Shown: positions 34,301 to 45,663, numbered from the whole stretch's first letter. The stretch: DNA of 63,036 nt, filler included, from Octopus bimaculoides (GCF_001194135.2; 8 parts of 6 records of this genome joined end to end with filler, not necessarily neighbours in it); one strand, 5' to 3'. Translations and numbers: made by a program. The notes: a model not told the origin generated them from the sequence alone.

Positions 34301-37300
34301 TTTAATTATTTTTCTTTGTTGTAAGGGAATACTTAGAAGAAATAAACTTCAATAATTGAGACTTACTGTTTGCCTGCTGATGATTTTGAAGTTGTAATAA
34401 TGTTGTCATGGAAGCCACCAAACCTATCTGAACAGTTGGTATAAGGAATTCTTTATTACTAAAACTTGTGTCCAAGGTTAGCTGTAGCTGTTCAAGAATT
34501 TCTCTCCAATGATTCATAGAACTGAAGTAGGAGAATAAGATCCTAAAGCTATGGTGATACAAATGGAACTATGCTTTTAAGAAAACTGAAATTTTGTAAA
34601 CTGGATAAAGTTTCTTTTATATCAGGTCATTAAGAATGTCCAATTTTGAATTGAAAGTCCATTAAGAATGTCCAATTTTGAACTGAAAGTTTATTTTACT
34701 TTATCTCAACAAAAAGCAATGCACCTAAATTATCAACACAATTTTGCCATTTTATCAGTAGCTTATTTATGCCGGCAGTGAAGCATTCTGGAGAGCAAGA
34801 GGTAATGAAATCATGAAAGGCTGTTTCAGATTTGAAGTTTTTTCCTTGCAAAATGTTGTCTAATGCCTGGAAAACACAATAGTCAGTTGGTGCAAGGTCT
34901 GGTGAATATGGTGGTTGACAGAGTACTTCTAAGTTCAGTTTCTGTAACTTAAGTAGCATTCTTTGTGAAACATGTGGTTGAACATTGTCTTGCAAGAGAA
35001 TTGGCTTGTCTCTTTTGACCAGTCTTGGTTGTTTAATTGCAAGTTCACTCATCGTTTCATCCAATTGGTTGATGTATACATTCGCTGTAATTGACTTACC
35101 AGGTCTCATGAAGCTGTAGTGGATGATACCAGTGCTGGACTACCAAATAGACACCATTAGCTTTTTTTGGTGAATATTCTTTTTTTGGACTGTGTTTTGG
35201 CACTTTGTCTTTATTCAACCACTATGCAGAATGCTTGCTATTGTTGAAAAGAATCCATTTTTCATCACACAATGCAATACAATGCAAAAATGGTTCGCTT
35301 TTATGACATGACAGCAAAGAACAGCAAGTTTCAAGAGGATATATCATTTGATGCTCATTCAGTTCATGTGGTACCCACTTGTCCAGCTTCTTTATCTTGC
35401 TGATTTGTTTCAGATGGTCCAATATAGTTGCAATCGAAACATCAAGCCTTGCTGCTAACTTGTTATGTCTCAAGCTACTGTTATCTAGTACCTTCGGATG
35501 ATCTCTACTCAACCACTACACAACTGCTACCACGGCCAGACTACCTCTATTTATATGTCTTGGGAGATCCTACTTCTTCGCCTGGGGGCGTTGACACAAC
35601 ATAACTCATGCCTAATTTGAGGTGTATCTGCTTCCACTACAGTTTCCAGCTCATTATTATCCATCTTGGTCTCAGGTCTACCACAGGCCTGATTTTCAAG
35701 TGTAAAGTCACCAGACCAGAACTTCTCAAATCATCGATGTACAATGTGCTCATTCACCACATCTTCACCAAACACCTCATTGATGTTTCGAGCTGTCTGG
35801 GAGGCATTGGTTCCATGACAGAATTCATATTCATAAACAACATGAATTTTTGATTTATCCATGGGTTCACAAAAATTGATTTACAAGAGAAAACTCACAA
35901 TATAATCAAACACCATGAATTGCATTTCAAAAAGAGATGATATAATTCTTCAATGATGTAAAACAAAAAGAATTGTCAGGATAGAACATTAGAGTTAATG
36001 ACTGTCAAACTTGGTGCATAAGAAAATCAGACATTTCATTCTTAATGACCTGATATTTAACTTGAAATTCTGATTATAGAATGACATGTTTAGCTTCCAA
36101 ACTGTGTTAAGATATAATGTATATATAATAATCACTATTATACACATCTTGTTTTGAATTTGTTACCTTTTTATTGACATCTTTAAAATGAGTTGAGTAC
36201 CATATGAGAACAACAGTTTATTTATTTAGAACAACAAAGAGGAGTGGATCATTGTGTCCATACATGTTTTTAGAAAGATATCTAATACTTTTGGTTACTT
36301 CTTTCCTTTTTAGACAATATGGGTCTTAAAATGTTGAGGAAAGCAGGCAATTACTTATGTCAAATGTGAATCTGCTTGTTTAGTTGGATTGTTATATTAA
36401 ATTTAGAAAAAGAAATAAATATAATAATTAAACTTAGAAGGATTGATAATTAAATAAAATGAAACTGGTATAATTTACCTCACCCAACTGGTCATAACTG
36501 TGAAATAAGTGGCACTAGTGATACAAGCCAGCTTTACTTTATACAAAGACAAATCATCCTTTACCTGGAGCAGAGCAAAAACATATATTGAAAAATTAGT
36601 GTGAAAACCAAATAAATACAGGATTCTCACATTCACCTTTCTACAACATTACATTGGCCTTATAGAGGCTAACACAGACTGGGAGCAGTATCTATGTTTC
36701 CAGTTTGGATGATAGAGTTTGATTTTTCTTTTTCTTTTATCTTGTAAGTCGAAAGGCAATTAACATGATCTATTTTAGGGTCTCCAAGACTGGTAGGAGG
36801 AAGTGGGGTAGGAACATTAAATCTGGCCCAGATACAGGCAATGGAGTGAATTCTGTTAAAGGTCCCTAAAGTGGTGGTGTTAAACCAAGAAACAGATTAA
36901 GTCTACCACCCACAGAGGCCATAGCAAAATTTGAACTCATAATGCAAAGTACCAGAACAAATACCACAAGGTATTTGATCTGACATTCCCACAGTTCCAT
37001 TAATCCACCACCTTCGATTGGTACATTTTTATCGATCCTGAAAGGATGAAAAGCAAAGTTGATGTCAGCAGAATCTTATTGGCCCCATCATCATCACCAT
37101 CATTATTGTTGTTTAACATCAACTTTTCACACTGGCATGGGTTGGACAGTTTGACTGAGGACTGGCAAGCAAGGAGGCTGCATCAGGCTCCAATCTGATT
37201 TGGCAAGGTTTCTATTAGTGGATACCCTTCCTAATACCAACCACACTGAGAGTGTAGTGAGTGCTTTTTACGTGCCACTGGCACAGGAGCCAGTCAGGCA

Positions 37301-39041
37301 ACACTGGCATAAACCACAATCAAATGGTACTTTTTACGTGTCAGATGCTACTCAGGCGACACTAGCATCGGTCATGCTGGAATGGTACCTTTTACATGCA
37401 TCGGTCACACTCAAATGGCACTGGCATCAACCACACTCAAATGATGTTTCTTACATGCCACTTGCACAGGTGCCAGTCAGATGGTACTGGCATTGGTCAC
37501 GCTCAAATAGAGATGTTTTCATGCTACTGGCATTGGCCATGCTCGAATGCTGTTTTTTACATGCCACTGACAATCAGGCGACACTGGCATCGGCCACACT
37601 CGAATGGTGCTTCTTATGTGCCAGTCAGGTGGCACTGACATCAGCCACATTTGAATTGTGCTTTTTACGTGCCATCGGTACGGGTGCCAGTCAAGCAGCA
37701 CTGGCATCAGCCCCATAACCCCATAACAAACACTAAAACAAATTACTACCTGCTTCATCTTCAGGAAGAAAACTGGTGAGTGGGGAAGAATTAGGGTTTT
37801 GGGACATGTATTATCTTAAAATATTATTCAGGATAATATATGCCCAAAATGATTTCAGTATATTCAAAAAATCTTAGTTTATAAATACATTTTAAATCGC
37901 TGTATAAAGATAACAAATCTACATAAAACTCATATAAAACTGTAGAATTCTGGATCATCTTAGGGTTCATTTTCTTTTAATTTACCAGTTTCTTTAATGA
38001 TGCTTTAACAACAATGTTTGAACTCTTCCCCTTATATTATGGCCAAATTTATTTGTAGTCAACACTAGCTTAAATTTATGACACAAAGAACTCTTGTAAA
38101 GTTGTTTCTCATAAAAATCATAAATTATACTTACTAAATATTGGATACTAGAAAGTAAATCAGACAAAATTTGTGATTTAAGTTCATCTGTGAGATTTAC
38201 ACCAGGAATCTGAAAAAGAAAAAAAATCAAAGCAATGTAACAAACTGAATGAATTGAGATTGGAGAAAAAGGTTTTAATTACTGGAATTTAAGACCATGA
38301 TTTTTTTAAAATTTGATAAAAACAATGTAAGAAAGAAGAGCTAATGTGAAAACCTACAAACAAATAAACAATTAGGAAATAAAGATCAGCTTTAAAATGT
38401 CAACATACCTTTAACTTAGAGATTGTAATCAACCAGTTTTTCCAAGATTTTAGAAGAAGTAATGGGGAACCATCTTTGACACTGTCATAAGTCAAGTAGA
38501 CATGAAGGTCATCTTGTTCTGCAATTTCTTTCAGAGAATTCTTGATAAACTATTATCATAAAATATTTAAATTTATTAATACCATGCACAATATATAATG
38601 ATTAGATCAAGAATGAAGTAATTGAGTTACACCAATGGGAGAAAGAGAAAACAGTAACATGAAATAGAATATTTGTATTTTTATTAGCCTAGTGTTTTAA
38701 GCCAATGCACTCGTCAAATGTTGATAAATGCATTGGCACCAAACTCAAGGCTCTTGAGCCATTCTAGCTCTTCAATTAATAAAAATACATAGAGAATTAG
38801 AAAGCTTACACACACACACAGATACATACAGTGATGTAACAAAAAGCTACTCACTTTTAGTATTTATAGGCACAGGAGTGGCTGTGTGGTAAGTAGCTTG
38901 CTTACCAACCACATGGTTTTGGGTTCAGTCCCACTGCGTGACACCTTGGGCAAGTGTCTTCTACTATAGCCTCGGGCTGACCAAAGCCTTGTGAGTGGAT
39001 TTGGTAGATGGAAATTGAAAGAAGCCCGTCGTATATATGTG

Positions 39042-39097
<56 letters not shown>

Positions 39098-42000
39098 TGT
39101 GTGTAAGTGTGTTTGTCCCCCCATCATCGCTTGACAACTGATGGTAGTGTGTTTATGTCCCTGTAACTTAGCGGTTCGGCAAATGAGACCAATAGAATAA
39201 GTATTAGGCTTCCAAAGAATAAGTCCCGCGGTCGATTTGCTTGACTAAAGGCGGTGCTCCAGCATGGCCGCAGTCAAATGACTGAAACAAGTAAAGAGTA
39301 TGATGGTACTATTTGAAACACAAATATCTGATATGTTATATATAACAGTGGTCAACACCTAATTTTTATCAGGGATATTATATGGTGTTTTATATGTAGT
39401 TTTGTCTGCAGATTTCAAAAATGTAATCGGTTTTCTTCTATCAGGCACAGTTTTTCTGATGAGATAAGAGAGGTATATAACTCACATCAACAGTATCACT
39501 ACACGTAAATGTCTTATACAGGTAAATTCTGACTTCTGTTTTATAACTATTTGTATTCATTTTGTAATTTTATCTTTTCATAATCTTTTCTTTTCATAAA
39601 TTTTACTTTCTGATTAAGGTGCCAAGTCATCATCATCATCAAATTCTACTCAGGATGTCAAGGCATTGCAAGAACAGTCCTGATATATTTTGTCATATCT
39701 GTGATTCATTTACCACCAAAGCTCAGCAACATGCCATCACAAGTGAAATCAAGAAGATCTACCAGTTATACTTTGGCTGCTCTCTCTCGGGGATCAAGAT
39801 AGGGCCCTGTACAACATCTGCTCAGCTTGTTCAAATGGACTAAGGGATTGGCTAAATAAGAGGAAGAGAGCAATGCTGTTTGCAATACCTATGATATGGA
39901 GAGAGCCAAAGGATCATTTCATGGACTGTTATTTCTGCAACGTTAATGTATGTGGGTTTACTGTAAAGACCAAGCATAAGATTGTGTATCCCAACTTGGA
40001 ACCAGTAAGAAGACCAGTACCACACAACGATGATGATCTTCCTATTCCAATACCACTAGAAAATGGCCTTCAGATGTCTGACGAAGATGTATTTCCTGAA
40101 GAAAATACTATTGTTGTGGAAGACACCAAAATGGATGCAGATTTCACAATTGAAAATGAAGACGTACCACAGAAATTTTCTTAAGGAGAGTTAAATGATT
40201 TAGTTAGAGACTTGTCACTGTCGAAGGATAAAGCTGAACTATTAGCATCTCACCTACAAGAAAAGTGTCTGCTTAAGAAAGATGTTTGTATTACTCATTT
40301 CAGGAAGAGAAATAGGGATCTGACTTCATGCTTCTCTGTTGATGGACCACTTTGTTTCAGTAATAACACTCATGAGTTATTTTGCTGTTTGTTCCAAGAG
40401 CATGTTCCAGCTGAATGGCGCTTATTCCTTGATTCATCTAAGAGAAGCCTCAAGGTAGTACTACTACACAACGGCAATAAGAAACCATCCATTCCCACAG
40501 GACATTCAGTGCACATGAAGGAGTGTTATGAAAACATGCAAGTACTCCTCAATGCCATAATGTATACAAACTACGGCTGGAAAATCTGTGGAGACTTGAA
40601 AGTGATTGGAATGTTGATGGGAATGCAATCTGGGTTCACGAAATATTGTTGCTTTTTATGCCTATGGGACAGTCTTGCAACTAACAAGCACTATGTGCAA
40701 TCANNNNNNNNNNAGCTGACTACTGTTGGATGTTATACAGGGATGAACCTGAGACAAAATACCATAGAAAGTCTAAATCCCAAAGATTTTAAGTTGTTAT
40801 GCATTTGAGTGTATTCTAACTTATTTGTATACAATAATTTTAATTTTGTACAATAAAAAGCCATGAAATTATCGTATCTTGTATTCAATATACTTTATAT
40901 AGACATGCTTTACGTATCCTATAAGTTAAAACAGCAGGTATCATTAACATGAAAATGTGACCTGATAGAGGAAATCAGACTTTAGATTTGTAATCAGTGT
41001 CAAAAATTAACCCAGAAAAGTCAATCAGCAACTCTGATGATTAAAAAAAGTTTCATTTTGTTGACCAGTGTAATTAAAGACACCCAGTAATTACACAACT
41101 TCTGTATAATTCATTTAGTCAGATATTTGTGTTTGCAACCAAACCTGTTTGTGTTAAATGAGTCTAAACAACATATTCACAGTGAACTCATGTATTGTAT
41201 TTCTTCTTATAATTTTAAAATTCAACCACTAAACCTATATAAGTAAAACAGTAAGTAGCTTTGTTAACCTTATTTTTTTAAATTATTTTCTTCTTGATCC
41301 TGGGACAGAATAACAGTCAACCTTAGTCAATAACTTAGCAAAGTCTGTCCCAGAGTAACACTTTGAGAAAATAAAGTAAACATATAACAATAAGAAAATG
41401 AAAAACTGAAAACAAACAGAAATAAGGAAATAAGGATAATATTTGAATCAATAAAAAAAATTGAAGATGCAGTGTTTGAAAGTTTAATAAATTCTGACAG
41501 GAATTTCAATTACTAAATACTAAAAGATACTGTTGATAATAACACAAAAATATATTCCCTTCAATAAAGATATTTCAAAAACTAACAATACATACTGTAG
41601 ACCAATATTTTATTCTGTTTCCTTTAGAAAGTACTGCCATCTCAGCCTTGAAATTTTCATCTAATTTAGCTCTGTTGAAAGAACAAATAAAAGTACATGT
41701 CAAACATGAAGTAGTCATTATAAAACAAAAACATTTTATAGTTCCCAAAGAGAAGCTACAAAAATGATATAACAAGTGTGTATTTAAGTTAAGGTCACCT
41801 GTAAGAGATATCTATATTTGATAGAGATGATCACTGCATCAGTACTGTGAAAATAGTTTAAGAAAAATAAGAAAAAAGCCTCTACTTTCCAGTATTTTGA
41901 AGGTGATAGAGACATCCATTAATAACAATTGTCTCCAACAGCATGAATCTCTCTCTCATTCCTTAATGACCACCATTATGACTTTTGAAAAGATAAACTA

Positions 42001-45000
42001 ACTGGAGACCTACTCTCCTATGTAGCTCACCAATGAGCTTTTACCTTTTAATGCATAAATCAAAAAAACATTATCACACATCACCCTACCCACTAATCCC
42101 TAAACATGAGTGGCATGCAACTAAGAACACTTGTGATTGCTTCAAATACTTGATCTCTCACTGAGTATCTCTCCTGAGAATCTATATTCTTAACATAACA
42201 AAGACTGCATTGACTCTTCTCAAAGTAAAAAAATACTTAAGTTCCAAACAAGTATTAACTCTCTACAAAGTTCAGTTGAGATCTACAATGGAATATTTAG
42301 TATTTCTCTCATATCTGGAACATTGGTATTACTATACACATAGAGACATCCTAGACTGCATCCAGAGAAAAGATTGGTGTGAAGTCACTCACAGACATGC
42401 TCTAACCCCTAGTCCACAGAGTTTACCACTGCTTCTTGAAGCTTTCTCTATCTAGACATTATCAACTTACTTGTCTCTCTTACTTTCATCATTCATATTG
42501 TGTTCAACACCACAAGCCCTATACTAACCTCTATGCCTAGTTCTTTCTCAAATGCTAGTTCTCTGGAATTCACTCTCAGTACATGCTTATCTTTCAACAG
42601 AGAACGCCATAGGCCCAGTTCCCTTCCTTAAACTAATAAAAAAATTATAGAGGAAGAAAAGAAAGTTACTCAATAGATTACCTTGGAACTGTATAACTCT
42701 CTTGTGCAAGGATGAGAAAGACATAGGCTACAGTTTTGATGTCAGCAAACCTATACAACTGCATCTGTAAACAAAAGATATAAGAAACTGATCAAAAAAT
42801 TTTACAAATTTTTACTGACTGCAGCCAGTTGGTTGGGACTATGTTGAGGCAGCAAGATTGTGAACAATTTGTGAGAAACATCAGTAGGTTTTATTAAGTC
42901 ACTTTTACATTTTAATTCATTAATATGTAAGTCGGAGACATAAAATAGTTTCACTCTGCTTCCCTCTTATCAATCTCTTTTCTTCATGTCACTCATTCTG
43001 TTTCTATTGAATCTCCTTACCAACAACTGTCACATAACTGTAATTCACTGTCTCTTCTATCACCCTCTGAGCCTCTGGTGTAAATGAATGAACTGAGAAA
43101 CTGTAGAGTAGAAAGGACTCTTTAGTGTTACCAGGGCAAGACAACCTCCCTAATGTTGGTCCCACAATGAAACATATGCAATACATTCTGTAAAGTAGTT
43201 GACAATAGAAAAGTCATTCAGCTGTAGAAAACACGTTAAAATTGAAATGTTTGAGCAAAACATGGTCCTACTACCTGTTCAGGAGGATAGTAACTATAAA
43301 TATGAATTTGCTTGGCCTGTGATGATCATCTAACCACATGACTAGATGGAAAAGGCAATGTAAAAGGATTTATGATGATGATGTTATTAAGAAGTTTCAA
43401 TGAATAACATTTTCTCACTGTGGAAAGCAAATTCCATTAAAAAAAATTTTAAATAAAATATTTTAAAACTGATGTTACTGACATTATTTTGCAATTGAGG
43501 AACTGCAAACATTACAGAGGAGAACATATGAAATAAAAGGTTTCTATGTCATTCTATCCATGTGATTTTGAAGTACACAAAATTATTTTAAAATTATTAA
43601 TTAGTCTGATGAGTAGAGGCAGTATCTGTAGCCTTCACAGGTAGTCAAACATATTCTGGGAGATAGAAGTAGTTGAATCAAGGTAATGGAGTTAATGTTC
43701 AGATGGAAGGAAAAGACAGCATAAAGAAGAATAGCAATAAATTAAGACTTGTATGTCAGGTAGATGACATTGTCTCCAGAATGTTAACAATAAAAAGCAA
43801 TTGTTAATTTAATTTCAATAAATGTGTTTATAACATAATTCTAGATTCCCTCTTTGTTCTCTAATTAACATAAAACAATATAGCAAAGACACATTCTATC
43901 AGCAAACTTATGAAGGCCTCTTATAGAATTTACTGTGTTATGAGTAAACAATATAAATATTTCTGATAACCAAATGGTAAGTAAAGTAACAACAAAACAA
44001 ATGGAAATATCTTAACCTGTTAAAACCATTGGATTTGAAACAACAGACTATAAATACTGTGTTTATCAGGAAAATTTACAACAACATTTATTTTGAAGTG
44101 TAGTTGACTGAAGTGTAAAGATAAAGAACAAAATGACAAAAAACTTATTATTTCTCTTGGTGTCATTTACTAAAGGAAGTAAATGTTTGTCATAGTTCAA
44201 ACACATGAGGACCTTTTCCTTTCATTATGAAGGTCATGGTTTGAAGGCCATAAAAAAAGAAATTGAAAGATTCAAAGAGACAAACTGATCAGTGGCTAGA
44301 ACAAATAGGACTAGCAGAAAAATCTCTGTGTTTAAGAGATAAGAGAAGGTTGATATAATAGTCTTTAGTGACAGGCAGCAGGCCATTTTTTATTGCAGAA
44401 ATCCATAACTAATGAAGTAATAGTGTAAGTGGTTTTCTGCATGAATATTATAACTGCACACTATCACAAAGAAGAAATGTAACAAAAGAATCATCAACTA
44501 AGACTGACAAGATACCAATGTGATAATATTTCTGTCCATTCAGCTGAATAAGAAAAACAGTTCTCTAAATTTTTGAATATGAGACTTTACTTTGACTTTA
44601 ACAATATCTAGAACCAAACACTAATAAATTATGGTAAAACATTCAATCAGAACTGGAATTTGAGAATTTTGAAAACAAGGAATCATCATTTGTTCATGAA
44701 TATTTTACAAATTAGAGCAACATTATCAAAAAAAGTTGACAGCATGATTAAAGGGATTTAAAAACAACAGGTTAATTAAACTAGAATATTTGATAACTAA
44801 ATTTTGTTTATCAATAAAAAATCCATTTAAACAGGAATTTGAATATAATTCGATTTAAAAAGAAGTTTGAAAAATAATATATGACTTTTTCTTTCTTTTT
44901 TTTTTCTCCATACTGTCAAATGAAAAAATACTGTTTATTTTTTGTTTTACAAGAAAACACAATACCATGCAGTTCAATAAATCTTTTCTGTAAATTAAAC

Positions 45001-45077
45001 TTACTTCCTCTTTGCCTTCATTGTCATCTTCAATGTCTCCTTTTAGAGGAGCACATATACTAACCCAGAAATTCTCT
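28185..45077 (-). CDS. NUP188: Nucleoporin NUP188, partial spliced gene (15 internal exons, 1653 bp, ~551 aa of the C-terminal half)
   Basis: Minus-strand exons 45005-45077, 42682-42764, 41596-41671, 38409-38549, 38135-38209, 36479-36564, 34367-34521, 33998-34155, 33169-33300, 32079-32147, 31707-31814, 30235-30381, 29697-29834, 29193-29267, 28185-28321 are all AG/GT bounded and phase-consistent. The translation is collinear with human Nup188 as I recall it: TLKYSFLKEALDFIGVHQDR vs TLRYNFLPEALDFVGVHQER; EWKFHLPK vs EWHFHLPQ; YMCQAFVSLL vs YLCQACTSLL. Confidence 0.93.
29193..29267 (-). CDS. NUP188: NUP188 exon (TSFVYMCQAFVSLLVRPRYLQYLLE)
   Basis: tttttcag acceptor, gtcagc donor. Confidence 0.93.
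29697..29834 (-). CDS. NUP188: NUP188 exon (...EAMATCGFIYQMSFYSREWKFHLPKVL)
   Basis: tttcag acceptor, gtaaat donor. Confidence 0.95.
30235..30381 (-). CDS. NUP188: NUP188 exon (...TLKYSFLKEALDFIGVHQDRLLQ)
   Basis: ccacag acceptor, gtattt donor; most diagnostic motif. Confidence 0.95.
30990..31150 (+). mobile_element. SINE family A head
   Basis: ggctgtgtgagtaagaagcttgcttcc...cttgggcaagtgtcttctact...gaaactgaaaaaagccc. Confidence 0.85.
31707..31814 (-). CDS. NUP188: NUP188 exon (GANILMSAGFANHLCLSISSLY...)
   Basis: gttatag acceptor, gtaagt donor; resembles GATAVAGAGITQSICLPLLSVY. Confidence 0.9.
32079..32147 (-). CDS. NUP188: NUP188 exon (SKQGLLFVDASLTLLLTISKTEQ)
   Basis: cttttaaag acceptor, gtaaac donor; resembles KQNLHFTEATLHLLLTLARTQQ. 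Confidence 0.92.
32300..32890 (+). mobile_element. Three tandem SINE family B copies
   Basis: Units begin ~32303, ~32521 and ~32762; each has gttcaaattc..gaggttgacttt...ggccttgtgc. Confidence 0.88.
33169..33300 (-). CDS. NUP188: NUP188 exon (...NSWISVLHNHLLIPTLLATVEVWIK)
   Basis: ttttag acceptor, gtaagt donor; resembles SWLQVTRRLPILPTLLTTLEV. Confidence 0.92.
33393..33600 (+). mobile_element. SINE family B copy, CpG-decayed
   Basis: ggtggtgagctggcagaatcattagtatgccagg... preceded by (CCA)n/(CTA)n. Confidence 0.85.
33998..34155 (-). CDS. NUP188: NUP188 exon (SEQCLVSLLKIVCSMLLECVRNLF...)
   Basis: tttctag acceptor, gtaaaa donor. Confidence 0.88.
34367..34521 (-). CDS. NUP188: NUP188 exon (SMNHWREILEQLQ...TTLLQLQ)
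   Basis: cttcag acceptor, gtaagt donor. Confidence 0.88.
34622..36053 (-). mobile_element. Full-length mariner (DD34D-type) element with TIRs and TA TSD; transposase pseudogene
   Basis: TA|TCAGGTCATTAAGAATG (34622-) and CATTCTTAATGACCTGA|TA (-36053); minus-strand MDKSKIHVVYEYEF, WVPHEL, CDEKW, LLQDNVQPH and YSPDLAPTDY; 1286 bp after removing the internal insert and one TSD copy. Confidence 0.95.
35461..35601. mobile_element. 141-bp insert with TG...CA ends and 5-bp TSD (solo-LTR-like) inside the mariner ORF
   Basis: TAACT|TGTTATGTCTCAA...TTGACACAACA|TAACT; removal restores ...QIRHEL-AARLDVS... Confidence 0.85.
36479..36564 (-). CDS. NUP188: NUP188 exon (VKDDLSLYKVKLACITSATYFTVMTSWV)
   Basis: ctccag acceptor, gtaaat donor; phase 2 joins the next exon. 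Confidence 0.85.
37100..37710 (-). mobile_element. SINE family C copy followed by a degenerate 40-60-bp minisatellite (actggcatcggccacactcgaatggtgc... units)
   Basis: Family C module at 37115-37260, then repeated cactggcat/ccacactc(g/a)aatg/ttttacgtgcc motifs. Confidence 0.8.
38135..38209 (-). CDS. NUP188: NUP188 exon (IPGVNLTDELKSQILSDLLSSIQYL)
   Basis: tttcag acceptor, gtaagt donor. Confidence 0.88.
38409..38549 (-). CDS. NUP188: NUP188 exon (FIKNSLKEIAEQ...LLKSWKNWLITISKLK)
   Basis: aatag acceptor, gtatgt donor; 47 open codons. Confidence 0.88.
38869..39300 (+). mobile_element. SINE family A, full length, in a NUP188 intron
   Basis: Close match to 11413-11820. Confidence 0.93.
39346..41070 (+). 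mobile_element. Chapaev3-like (CMC superfamily) DNA transposon, degraded or internally incomplete
   Basis: TAA|CAGTGGTCAACA ... TGTTGACCAGTG|TAA (11/12 TIR match, 3-bp TWA TSD). Transposase motifs CHICDSF, FAIPMIWREPKDH..DCYFC, ELNDLVRDLSLSK, EWRLFLDSSKRSLK, ICGDLKVIGMLMGMQSGFTKYCCFLCLWDS and C-terminal ADYCWML. Family assignment is from recall. Confidence 0.82.
41596..41671 (-). CDS. NUP188: NUP188 exon (AKLDENFKAEMAVLSKGNRIKYWST)
   Basis: tcaacag acceptor, gtatgt donor. Confidence 0.88.
41950..42520 (+). mobile_element. Degraded CR1/L2/Jockey-group LINE RT C-terminal fragment
   Basis: LLKVKKYLSSKQVLTLYKVQLRSTMEY resembles the LLxLYKAQIRPxMEY motif. Confidence 0.45.
42682..42764 (-). CDS. 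NUP188: NUP188 exon (MQLYRFADIKTVAYVFLILAQESYTVP)
   Basis: tttacag acceptor, gtaatc donor; resembles ETCALIMKIICLEIYYV. Confidence 0.8.
45005..45077 (-). CDS. NUP188: NUP188 exon (ENFWVSICAPLKGDIEDD...)
   Basis: gacag acceptor, gtaagt donor; resembles human KFWENLTSPL. Confidence 0.85.
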
Positions 45078-45596
45078 CTGTCATATGAAAAAAAGAAGTT
45101 ATTTTATAGATTTCATATGGTACATAATTAAATTGAAGTTAAGATTTTCCAAGTCTTTATGATGTATGAATAACTTACATTAACCTTTGAAAACTATTCA
45201 AGAAGAAGGATTATAATAAAACTTGGGTTCCACTATTTCTACAAAATGTAGATTGTAGTTTTTTTAATAAACTTTTATTAAAAAAGGTTGTGCCTTAAAG
45301 TAAAATCAGCTATAGATAATATAATCCATGAGGTGAAAAACCCTCATACAATGGGATAACAGTGTAAAACTACTTGCAGGACTCCAAGCATGCATCATTT
45401 GTAATCCAACAAAGCATGGTTTTTAATGAGGTGTACTATAAGCTATTATTTACTGCTGAATTCATTCTGAGATAAATTATTTCTTGATGATTCAATATTT
45501 TTGTTCTAAATGTAGCTTTATAAATTTATATTTTCATAAATTGAGCAAATTAATATTGAGATGTAGAGGAAGGTTTTGTTCAATAGAAATTTGGCC

Positions 45597-45599
<3 letters not shown>

Positions 45600-45663
<64 letters not shown>
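45600..45663. repeat. (TAA)n microsatellite ending the segment
   Basis: Directly visible. Confidence 0.95.

Noticed and set aside
37200-37718. 172-aa + strand ORF
   Set aside because: Product of a degenerate minisatellite, not a protein family.
43021-43092. Minus-strand exon-like segment with a good GTAAGG donor
   Set aside because: No Nup188 similarity in any frame, and 45005-45077 already splices in phase to 42682-42764.
45179-45238. AG/GT-bounded minus-strand segment upstream of the first NUP188 exon
   Set aside because: Stop codons in all three frames.
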